Assembly: GCF_009914755.1 (NCBI RefSeq)
Contig: NC_060945.1
Length of the DNA stretch: 64,000 nt
Source of the DNA: the human T2T-CHM13v2.0 reference genome, Homo sapiens
Reading direction: 5' to 3' (one strand)
Part shown: positions 30,171-42,266 of the stretch, piece after piece
How positions within the stretch are numbered: the stretch's first letter is position 1
Layout: every line of letters starts with the position of its first letter
Position numbers and translations under genes: made by a program
Notes under the pieces: generated by a model
Told to the model about the DNA's origin: nothing
The model's input: the letters and a program-made list of their open reading frames with translations, nothing else
Database searches by the model: none

Positions 30171-31135
30171 CATAAAAATATCAAATATAAAGAGTAAAAT
30201 TTCACTGGAAATAATCTCTTAAATGAAATGGATATTTTTATTTTTCAATTAGTTCATGTATCCAGTCAGTGGATCTTATTTTTAGCTAGACAGAGTTCTG
30301 CATCAATTCTATTTCTACTTTTCATTTTTGTAGATGCAAGCACAGAAAAGCCTTGTTTGAAGACTACTGGGAGTGAAAGAAGTTTAATTACGGCAGTTTT
30401 ATGTGCCACTCAATTCTCTGACCTCTTGAATTATCTGCACCAAATCAGAGATATCATCTATAATTAATGATTTATCACCTGACGACTTGATTAGGTCCTT
30501 CTTCAAACTGATTAGGAGCAAATAATTAGAAACCACCTGGCTTACCGAAGGATTAGCTTCCTGGTCGGTGGTGTCATTTACTTTCCGAACACACCACTTC
30601 TCTGTGACCATTTGTTTGGTATCCCAGAGGTTCTTCCTCTAAGTACAATCCAGGACAGCTGAGAGGAGTCTCTTTTTTTAATAAAATGGGAGCAAGATGA
30701 CTGTCAAAAGGGAGGGAGGGAAGAGAATGTGCAGTTTATCACAAGCACATTCCCAAGCAGATCAGTTTTAGGAAAGGGCATTTGACATTGAGTATCTAGA
30801 TAAGGATTCCCCTTAAACCATCTGCACCCTTGAACCCTTGGAAAGTCACATTTTGGTTCAAGGATCATTGCTCTATTGGGTCTGATGCACCTTACTCCAG
30901 CTGGTGGCGAGAAACTCCCTGAGACTTGAAAGGTTAATACGAGACCTGCCAGTCATTGTCTGTTTCCCTAGTTTTCCACAAAAACACATCTTTTATGCAA
31001 GGGCTCTTAGTAAAAGGTATCAAGATTTGTTTCAAGTGAATGACACTCCGTCCCTACCTTGACTTTCTGTCCATTCCCCAAACTAAACAACTCTATTCCT
31101 GGAGCAATTACCACTTTCCCATCTCCTGGAGTTTA
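29937..31135 (+). repeat. 129-bp dispersed direct repeat (29937-30065 and 31007-31135)
   Basis: Manual alignment: 8 substitutions, no gaps. Confidence 0.95.
30064..30168. repeat. Compound (TA)n/(GA)n microsatellite
   Basis: Direct reading. Confidence 0.95.
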
Positions 31136-31458
31136 GGAGTGAATTGTAAGATTATGGTCACTTGAGACCTAGTCCTGTGACATCACTGGTCCAACTATTG
31201 AGTCTATTCAAACCTTAAAAAAAAAAAAGTCAATAAATCCTTATTCCTCAAAATGGCCATGTCTGTCATATAAAACTGATTTCATCAATATCATAAAAAA
31301 CTCAACCTTCATTTAAATCTGGAGGCAAGACATCAGACAGCATGTATGAGGTAAGGGAATATTTAAAATCTCTGAAACTTTGAAGGGGAGTTCATGGATG
31401 CTCAACTCCTGTCACCAGAAACACCCAATACCCTAAAGACTAACAGTAAAACTGAGTG

Positions 31459-31774
<316 letters not shown>

Positions 31775-32819
31775 TCACCAAGCATATCCGGCCCAAATAA
31801 TCGAAATACAAACTCAGGTGGAAAAGCCATTTCTGTGACAAAGTGGACACACTAGACAGGAAGTAGGATCTTGACATCTCACCAGAAGCCAAACAGGAAT
31901 ACAGCATCTTAGAATTTAGAAATGGCAATCAAGATCTTTAAAATGTATATAAATGTTCCCAAAGCTACCTCTTCAGTATTCCCTCAGGAAGCAACTGGAC
32001 CAGTGCACAGAAATATCCAATATGGGTGTTCATCATGTTTTCTTAATAACAAAATAAAACCCCTGGAATCCTTCATGCCCATCAGCAGGGAATTGGTTAT
32101 GTAAATTACGGTGAACTATGACTATTATGATGGATGTGGCCATGACTTACAGTGACGCAGACCTTTTTAGAATGTCAAGAAAATGTCTACAACTTGTATC
32201 ATTAAGAGTAAAAATCAGGTTAACAAAACTGTATGTTAATAAAATATAAACTCACTTTTAAGTGTGTGTGTGCACACATGCACACCCCATGCATATATTC
32301 AACAAACCAATCAAGGACAATCAAATGTTACCATCTTGATTGAAAGTGAGGGGCCTATAATTAACCAACCATTAATGTCTAAAATACAAGGTAATGGCAC
32401 CACGCGGAACACCCAAGCACAGAGTACAGCAGAACAGAACACAGGACATCCTGTAACCAAATCATTCTTGGGAACAGCCCAGGAAGCCCCAGGTGGTGTT
32501 CAAGACAAGAAACTAAGTATCGAAGTTAAAAACGATGAAGCTGGTGCCCAGAAAGCTGAAAGTAATCCCACTAGGGCCTCTTGGGCTAAAAAAATCTAAC
32601 TTCGGCTTGACCTGGGTATGAAGTATGTTGAAGAACATGGAAAAAAAAATTCTGAAGGATTATGTGATTCCTGAATTTTTAAAAAAATATTAGGGACCCT
32701 GGATTTGGGTTTTTTAAAAAAGCGTCACACCTCCCCAACCTGAGGGTAGTTGACTGTACAGAAAGTGCAAGGTGTGCACACATAGTCTAAATCCCTTGTC
32801 ATTTTTAATCCCAAGGGAC

Positions 32820-33110
32820 TGCCTGTAATCACAGCACTTTGCGAGGCCAAGGCGGGTGGCTCACCTGAGGTCAGATGTTCGAGACCAGGCTGGCCAACGT
32901 GGTGAAACCCTGTCTCTACCAAAATATACAAAAATTAGCTGGGCAAGTGATCCTAGCTACTTGGGATGCTGAGGCACGGACAACTGCTTGAACCTGGGAG
33001 GCGGAGGTTGCAGTGAGCCGAGATCACACCACTGCACTCCAACCTGGGTGACAGAGTGAGAAGAAAGAGAGAGAGAGAGATAGACAGACAGAGAGAGAGA
33101 GAGAGAGAGA
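32820..33110 (+). mobile_element. AluS with deletions and a (GA)n tail
   Basis: Alu arms. Confidence 0.9.
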
Positions 33111-33623
33111 AATAAATCCCAAGTGACAACAGCAGAGGATCTACTGCACACAAGTTAGAAGCCGTCAGCCCAGTTCGACAGCAGTGACATGAAGATGTGC
33201 GTGACTCACATCTCACTCAGGAACACAGTCGAGGTGGTGGACTCAGTGACAGCAGAAATTGACTTACTGAAACAGTAGAATGTATGGGCTAAAGGTTGCT
33301 TCAAGATGTAGAAAGAATAGACCAGAATAAACTCCATTGTCGACGAATGAGGTTTTCTATGCAATGCATTCTATTGGTACATGGTGGAGGCGGAGAGGCA
33401 TATGACAGGCAGAAGAATGGAAACAAGGTGATCCCAGGAACACGACCTGGGAGGGTTTCTACCCCTGCACTGTTCAGCAGGAGACAGTATCTTGCCAACA
33501 GCATCCATACTCCATGTGTTTACAGAAGCCTTACACATTCATGATTTGTGTTCTGAATACTCCTTTTTCCTTCTACCAACAATGACTTCCTTTAGAGAAG
33601 CCTAGGGGGATTGTGACACTGCC

Positions 33624-33920
33624 TTTTTTTTTTTTGAGATGGAGTTTTACTCTGTTGCCCAGGCTGGAGTGCAGTGCGGCACGGCAATCTCAGTTCACTG
33701 CAGCCCCACCTCCCGGGTTCAAGTGATTCTTCTGCCTCAGCCTCCCAAGTTGCTGGGATTACAGATGTGTGCCACCACGCCTGGCTAATTTTTGTATTTT
33801 TAGTAAAGGTGGGATTTCACCACATTGGCCAGGCTGATCTCGAACTCCTGACCTCAAGTGATCCACCCGCCTCGGCCCCCCAAAGTGCTGGGATTACAGG
33901 TGCGAGCCACAGCACCGGCC
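33624..33920 (-). mobile_element. AluS
   Basis: TSD tgacactgc. Confidence 0.94.
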
Positions 33921-34216
33921 ATGACACTGCAATTTTGATCTCACACATTCTCTACGTAAGTGGCTGAATATTTTGAGTATTTCTTTCTCTCCTTGTATTT
34001 TCATGACTTCCCCCCAACCTGCTCAACACCTCCCTTCTAAGGCAACTGTCACAGGGATTCCCTATCCCAGAATAGGTTTGCATCAAAAAGCAGAACTGCC
34101 TATAAAACTTGGGTATCAACAAAAAATTTGCAAAAAGACACAAGGTAAGGGCTCCCCACTGCAACCCAGCTTCACTGTCCTCATCCCCATAACCACACAC
34201 ACACAGAAAAGGCAAT

Positions 34217-34858
<642 letters not shown>

Positions 34859-35282
34859 CTAGTGGGGAAAGGCATGATTGTTCCTCTATAGTTGACTTTG
34901 AGCACTCATTTCCTCTGCACACACAGGCTCAGCTATTGGTGAGGAAAGCAGCCCAAACTGCTAAATCTCATTTACACCAGAGTACAAACTGCTGGAATAA
35001 CTTCATGGAGCAGGTGTTAAAGCTGGCTTCAGTCATCCCCCAAGTCGGATGCACTGGCTACAGAGAGACATCTTGTGTCTTAAAGATGTACATATTGCTG
35101 CTGTAATGCCTGAATATATTTAAAATAAAGAGGAATGTGCTCCAAATCACTGCTCAACATCAGAATGTTTGGAGGCTACCAAACGAATGTGACTCAAACA
35201 TGAACATGGATGAGTCATCAGAGGATCCTGTTAAGATGGAAGTTCTGGTTTAGTGCCTCTGGGTGGGGCCCAAGTTTCTGCA

Positions 35283-35522
35283 TTTTTCTTTTCTGAGACA
35301 GGGTCTCTGTTTCCCAGGCGGGAGTGCAACAGTATGATCACAGTTCACTGCAAGCCTCAAATTCCTGAGCTCACCTCCCACCTCAGCCTCCTGAGTAGCT
35401 GGGACTAAAGGTGTGAACCACCACGACTAGCTAAGTATTTTATTTTTCGTAGAGATGGGGGTCTCACTATGTTGCCCAGGCTGGTCTCGAACTTCTAGCC
35501 TCAAGTGCTCCTCCTGCCTCCC
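35283..35522 (-). mobile_element. AluJ inside a MER5 remnant
   Basis: Diverged antisense Alu; flanks tttctgca. Confidence 0.85.
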
Positions 35523-36154
35523 AGTTTTCTGCACTTCCAACAAGCTCCCAGTGACACCGACGCTGCTGGTGTCAGGACCTCCACTGTGAGGAGCAAGTAG
35601 CTACACCACAGGGCTCCCCATGCGCCAGGGAGAGGCTCTTCTAGTGACAGGAGACAATCTTTTCACTGAGGGCAGGGATGGATGGGGTAACATTGATGGG
35701 TAAGGTTTGTAAGGGACTCGAGAGGCTCAGATCTGGGGACTCTGACAGGAAGAGAAAGGCAGCCCAAGACTGTATTTACCTTGTTTGGTGATTCTGTGAA
35801 AGACTCAGGCAGCAGGCCCCCGGTGATAAAATGTGGAGTGATTCAAGAGCTCAGTCAGGCCAGTCAGAGCTCTGCACTTCACCCCAATATTTTCACAGGA
35901 ACCCCCCCAGCCTGCTCCCATCGGGATAGGCAGGAGACTGGAAAAGAAACAGTGCCCAGTAGGGGCAACGTTAGGTCAAGATGCCATGCAACTGTAATGC
36001 ACCTTTTGTTGTTGTTAAAACTTCAAGCGCTACAACAGCGTTCTCCTGATGATCACGAGTTATTTCAATAAATGGCATTCCCAGGAATCTTCTCCCACGG
36101 CCGCTCTCCCGCCAACAATTCATACTCATCCTCCCATCCAAAAAGGCATAGAAC

Positions 36155-38112
36155 CGCCCAGACACTTTTCGTTATTTTTATTGTTTGACAAGCATTTACA
36201 ACGTTCCATTCATAGACCTAAAAACATAAAAATAGACCTTCTTTCAGCTTATAAAAGAAATATATAAGAACTTTTGACATAGACACGTCATGACCTTATG
36301 TACAAGAGACAATGGCACCCTCTCCAAGCACCAGACTTCCGAGTGTTTTCAGATGGATGTGTTGCACTGGAGCCAGTAAATGCGACGATTAGAAGCCTCT
36401 GCTTCCGTTTTCCATCTGGACGCGATCGAACCGGAGATGATATGGAAAAATGCAGTGATACAAAGGGTATAGAAACCATTCTAAAGCTTTTTCAGAAAAC
36501 CAGAAGATATAGCAAAAATTTAATAGAATAAAACTTTCAAAAGATCAAGCTCGAAGCCCTGGAAACCCGAAAGGCGGGGGGAATACAGGGTGGGAACGCA
36601 GGAAAAGCAGGCAGAGGCACAAGAGCATGATGTACTGAACTCTCTATTGTCTGGAAATATAAAGTCATAACTGATTTTTATAAAATATAACTCCTAAAGC
36701 TACTATAAAATTCAGGTCTTTAAAGTACCTACTGATGTGTCAAACACCAAATAGATATTTTCCCCAAAAAGAAAGTTTTCATAGTATTTTAAACCCTTCT
36801 TAGGAAGTGGACATTGTGACATGGGAAAAGAAAAAGCTATAAACCTTTTTTTAAAAAAAAAAAAAAAATTGAAAGTGCTATAACTTGTTTTTCTTCTTAG
36901 TATTTGGATATCTGTTTAGACTGTTAATGTTTTGAGCATGTTTACCCTGTTTCGTTGGCATGAAGAAAGTGTTAAACACAAGAGAAGTTTTTAAAGAGGT
37001 TGTTCTGTTTAAAGGTTTGGTTATGGACTGTCAGGGAAGGGGAAGGTAATCTATGGATGAAGATGCAATTTTGATGGAAAAACCAATGATCACCATGGCA
37101 ACCCCATGAGAAGGAGGCTCCCCTCCCTGCCATGTGCAACAGACACACACACCGCCCACCGGGGTGTCATGTTTAATCCAACCAAACTCCCATCTCAAAT
37201 ATAGATTCAAACATTAAAAAAAAAAAATCCGCTTTTTGGAAGAAAAGTATATCCTTCGCATGAGCTTGCTGGCCTTTCATATATAAATATAAAACCACCA
37301 CGCCTCACTCTCTCTGTAAAAGGTTATATCCTCATTTTTTAGGCTCAGGGATACATACACTAACACTGTAAAATTCTCATCTATTTGTGCCCCTGTATCT
37401 CAGGTAAAATACAAAAAATAGTGTTTCTTTTCTTTCTCTCAAGCGATAAATTTGGATCTCTTTTCAAAGAGTTTGGCATCTCTATAATTCTATGCAAAAC
37501 TAGAGCTTCCGAACATGGACACAGAGTAAGACCAGCCATAGACCAAAACAGGAAGGAAAAAAAAAAAGAGGCTCATTGAAACATGAATCGCCACCCTCTC
37601 CTCACACATTCTTAAAATACACGGAGATTCTCAGACATGGAAGAGGGAAGGGTACAGTCAGAACACGGCAAGCTGTACACATTTCATTTTGTGTGTGAAA
37701 GAGGTTTCCCCAGCTAGGAGACTGATTTCAGATAGAAGGATCGTGTGTGTGCTACTATCCCTTAAATTAATCTGTTGTACATCCGTTAACTCCTGGGGTG
37801 ATTTGCTTTCCAGTGCTATAGAATCTTTTTTCTTTTAATTGTTCAGGCCCTGATTTATTGAGAATAAATAAAAGCCCTTAGTAATATACAGAAGATAGGA
37901 CTCAAGCTTATTTGGGATTCTGATCAATTCTTTCTGATGTTGTTGAAAATGACAAAGTTGGGTGGCTACATGGCTTCAGAACCAAGTCAGCTGCCAAAAC
38001 CGTGTGTGCAAGAGCGCGACCTAAGGGGACATTCTTGTCGACGGTACAGGAGGGTGGGCAGAGTTAGGGCAGGAAGTATCTACACACATTCTCTACGGGG
38101 CAGGTGACGCAG
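36155..38112 (-). other. TIAM1: TIAM1 3'UTR (~1.95 kb)
   Basis: Transposon-free stretch from the stop codon to the AATAAA at 36182-36177; cleavage site estimated ~20 nt downstream. Confidence 0.8.
36177..36182 (-). terminator. Distal polyadenylation signal AATAAA
   Basis: tttatt on + strand; upstream UGUA (36200-36197) and downstream GU-rich gtgtctggg on - strand. Confidence 0.75.
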
Positions 38113-38582
38113 TCAGATCTCAGTGTTCAGTTTCCTGGAGGGGGCAAAGTCTTCACGCCTAACCCAAATGACTTCCTCGCTTGCGCTCTCCAGGCCTCCA
38201 TTGATCCCCGACAGGGCAGCTTGCTTCTTGAGCTGTGCCATGCGGGACGCGTGACTATCCAGGGTTTTCCGGCCTCTTTCCCGCTGACTGATGGAGGTGG
38301 CCTGAAGCCGCTCCTGCAGGTCTCTGTCCACTGAGGCACCCTTCACGGACTCACAGAACTCATCATCGTCACTGAGGATGTCTGTCTCCTTGATGTCATC
38401 TTGCTCCTCATACTGAGCAAGATCAAACTGCTCCTCTACCCATCGGTCAGTGTCCCCACCACCGGGGGGCTGCTGGGACTCTCTCTCCGGGCTGCTTGCG
38501 GAGACGGCATCAGAATCAATGGTAAACCTGTTTCGAGCCAGCCGCCGCCTCCTCCTCCCAAGAGACTTGCTTGGGGCAGACA
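38113..38582 (-). CDS. TIAM1: TIAM1 last exon, coding part (VSAPSKSLGRRRRR...RKLNTEI*); ends in a class I PDZ-binding-type motif
   Basis: Acceptor (tg)6cag|TG; TGA at 38115-38113; matches the TIAM1 C-terminus. Confidence 0.97.
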
Positions 38583-41500
38583 CTGCACACACACACAAAA
38601 ATATAAAAATAAAACCCCCACATGCTTTACGTGAGATGAAAATCCAGAAAGCAAAGGACAGGAGAAAATAAAAACCAAAACGGTATGCATTGAATGCCTT
38701 GATGTCTTTTGGGGCTTAAAGTCTACATATCACCAATCTGTCATGGAGCATTTACCTTGTCGAGGTATCTGGACTTAGAGGATGTTCTAGCAACTGATGC
38801 AAGGGCAAGGGGGAACCGGGGCACACAGGAGAGGTTGTAGGTTATGGGCAAAGGGGCACTCAACTCCCTCTGAAATAATCTACTGTTCTAGCCTGTGCAC
38901 CTAAGAGATGGGTAACACAGACAGCAGCTGCTCTCAAGTAGACAGACCACTGATTTGGGGATCAGTTAGTGAGTTAGTGTCCTCAATCCTGGCCATGTCC
39001 CATGGCCCAGTGCTATGAAGATCCCCAGGGCTGTCCCAGGGTTGTTTAGCTGGAATAGGTCTTTAGTAAGGGTGGGGGTGCATCTATGGTTTTGCTGTCT
39101 TTGTAGAATGTGCATCAAGGAGGCAGAAGCACCAGTGTAAGTTACTTGTTTTCTGGGAACTGGAACATAACATTTCTTGGGATCTGCAGTTAGATTAAGG
39201 GCACCACGTCACTCTTAGAGAGCCTATGAAAAAGAGTGGCTCTCAAAGACATGGGATCTTCAGTTATTTCCCTGTCTTCTTTCTGACAAAGTCCCACATG
39301 AGCTAGGAAGCTAAGCAAATGTGTGCCTTAGTCTCCCCCAATTACAGTCTGTGTATCACTCATTCTTCTCCAAAGCAATTAACATATCAGTGCCTCATTG
39401 GAATGAGAAATAAAAAACCGATGACATCCAAGCAGTTTGATCAACAAAGTGCTGTATAAAGTGACTACCAGTTAAGAAAAATTCATTCTTTCACCTACTG
39501 CCCTCTAGGAAGCCAGAATTAAAAACAAGCAAACAAAAGACACCATCCGATCAAGCCAACAATCCCACCACACACATACACGAGACTGCTCACAGGGAAG
39601 GCTTCTGCTTCTCCCTCGAGAGTGAAGCGGTTGTTGCATTAGACACGAAAAGGTGAAATGCAACACGGGCTTTCCAGTGGAGGGGAAGAGTCTCAACGCC
39701 AACTGGGAGCTGCTTTCCTGAAACCTAAGCCCCAGAACCATCCAATTGCTTCAGTGCTGCTAGAAGATGCCTCGTGTCTCAATTACTGCCAAATGCAGCC
39801 TTGACTTCGAACCCAGCAGGCACAGGGTTAGAGTGGTCAACGAGGGGCTGAATTGGCTCTCATGGCAGCCATCCTCTGCTTCAGACCCCTGCGTGTCCAT
39901 CACTATTCCTGAGTGTTCCGCCATCTAAAACTGTGGAACAAATGGACACTACTGTTGGTTGAGGATGGGAATAAAAGCCATTTCCAGGCAAAATGGAAAA
40001 AGGGAATAGAAAATAGGAAAAAAAACAAACAAACTCCGACTTCTATTGAGAAGAGACAAAAATTCTTGTTCACTTTTATCTCAGCACCAGCAAAATACAG
40101 CATCCCTCTCTCCAATCACCACATTAGAACTACCCCAACTCAAAGCTACTGGAAATATTTGTTAATGATTTGCATGCTGAAGTATCTAGGAGTAAAGTGT
40201 GTTAATGTCTACATCTTTGAAATATGTCAAAAATAAGATGAGGTGATGGATGACAGATGGATTCTAACAGATGAGTGATAATGAGAATATAGAAAAACAT
40301 TATAGAATATAGATGGTAGGTATGAATTCTTTCAGCTCTTCTATAAGTTTAAACATTTTCATAAGAAAATAGATAGAACAAAGAAAAAAATTTTTAATTG
40401 GGTTATTGGCAAACGTATAGTACTTTAGGCTGAATATGGAAGCAGAGTATTTGGCTTTACTATCCTAGCCAAACAGAACAGAGGGAGAAATAAACTACCT
40501 GAGTATTCAAGACAAAGCAAAATGAAGCATGAGTATCTGTTCCTAGTATGCTTAAGAACCCGGCTACCATTATTGGGTTCTTCCCAGTCTTTCAGGGATG
40601 CAATCTTTGACTATTTCCAGTGGTCACTGTTAAGACTGACCAGCTATGCTGTGCTGATCTACTCAGGCACCATTTTAAAATCCTCTGACATGAAGATTCT
40701 GAGGATAGTGAGATGCCTCCAAACAAAGTGATACAGACTTTCTTCAGCCAAAAATGAGCCATCAGGCAGAAAGATCTTTCAATCAGCTAAATCCAACAGG
40801 CTATGACATCAAGGCTTTCTCTTGGTAATCATGACGGACGATGGTGTTAAATTGTGGGCTGGTTTTGTTTTCTTTCCAAATGGATCTCAGCAGGAAAACT
40901 TCTGAGTGACAGACTAACCATGCTTAGTTTCAAAGTAAATGCAGCTCTGAATTTAGGTTCATTGATTAACAACTGAAACAGGTTGAGTTCCCTGAGGTTG
41001 AGACACATATTCCCAAACCTTTTTAAACATTTCCCTAGCAAACAAGAGGGGCAGATAAGACAAATCCAAGATAAAAATCTCTAAAGTGAGTTATAAAGGA
41101 CCAATAAACTATTCTTCCATGGCGACCCCATGCGAAACTGCGCATATGGACGTATGAAAGACTCTTAGGATACATCAGAAAACTCAGCAAAGTGCTGGGT
41201 GTTCACTGCACTAAGTTTTCAACAAACATTTATCAATTGATTGGAGAAGAGGTTTACAGTAACTAGTCCCCTAAATTAAATTTAAGGTGCTTGAAGAATG
41301 TAATATCCCATGTCAAGCCAGGTAGGTTTTGTCTATGAAAACCTTCAAGCATTCACACTTCTGTCCATCCCTCTTCAATAGGTAGGATGGTAATGGGTAC
41401 AAAGGCCAGAAACTTTTCTGGCAAGTGCAAAGGGGGCCTTCTTTTAATGAAATCCTCCCTGCAAAATTCTGGGCTGCCTCTTAAGAAAGGTTTGATAAAA

Positions 41501-42266
41501 ATGTTAGTATCTTGATGTCATTAAGTCCCTAAGTATTAAAACAGCCTTCTTCCTAGATACATTTTGCTACCATTGACAGGTGGCAGTATTTATTTTATTT
41601 CTCTATTGCTCCACTGTAATGGATTAAGTCCTACAAGAATATTTATGCTGGGACCATTTAAACTCTAGATTCTTGTTTCCAAGAATAGCTCGAGGCTTCC
41701 CCAAATTAACATGGAGACTAAAAATAAAGTTGCAGGCACAAGGTCAGGATAAAAACTGGAAGTGCCATGTGGGCTACCAAACCTAGAATCCTTACTACTG
41801 AGAGCAGGCATTGCTGTGCTGCCAGGCCGTGAAGCCACCATGTTCTCAGAACAGAGGGCTGTGACCTTGCTGAAATGTGACACACGGCTTTCTGCTAGAC
41901 AAAGCTGGCTGTCATGCAAAGCAGCGACTCTCATTCTGCAAGCAGGCTGAGACAGCCTCTCCAGAAAGAGGATGTGTCTGCAACCCGACTTGGCAAATGA
42001 GGGAGGAGCTCACCAGCCAAAAGGAGAAGGGAGGCAAAGGGAAGGCTTGAGGGAGGACAAGAGGAATGTAGATACAGGGCGGATCCCCAGGAGCCACTGG
42101 GAAGGAGGCAAGGGCAAGGAACCTCACACCAGGGAAAAACCGTCCTCCTACATCAGCCCCCACCAGGCCACACCTCACCCCCACTCAACAAGGAGGTCAA
42201 GCTCACTGGAGTTCTACTGCGGAGTGGGGGTGACGGGAATCTTGAACGTCCGAATCCCCACAGTAC

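Noticed and set aside
37667-37672. miR-31 site in the 3'UTR
   Set aside because: Only a 6-mer match seen; too weak to call from sequence alone
38583-38598. ORF-track N-terminus MCVCA for the 161-aa ORF
   Set aside because: Translation of the intronic (TG)6CAG acceptor; the real exon begins at 38582
39803-39815. B-box/T-loop-like ttcgaaccc suggesting a tRNA
   Set aside because: No cloverleaf or A-box around it
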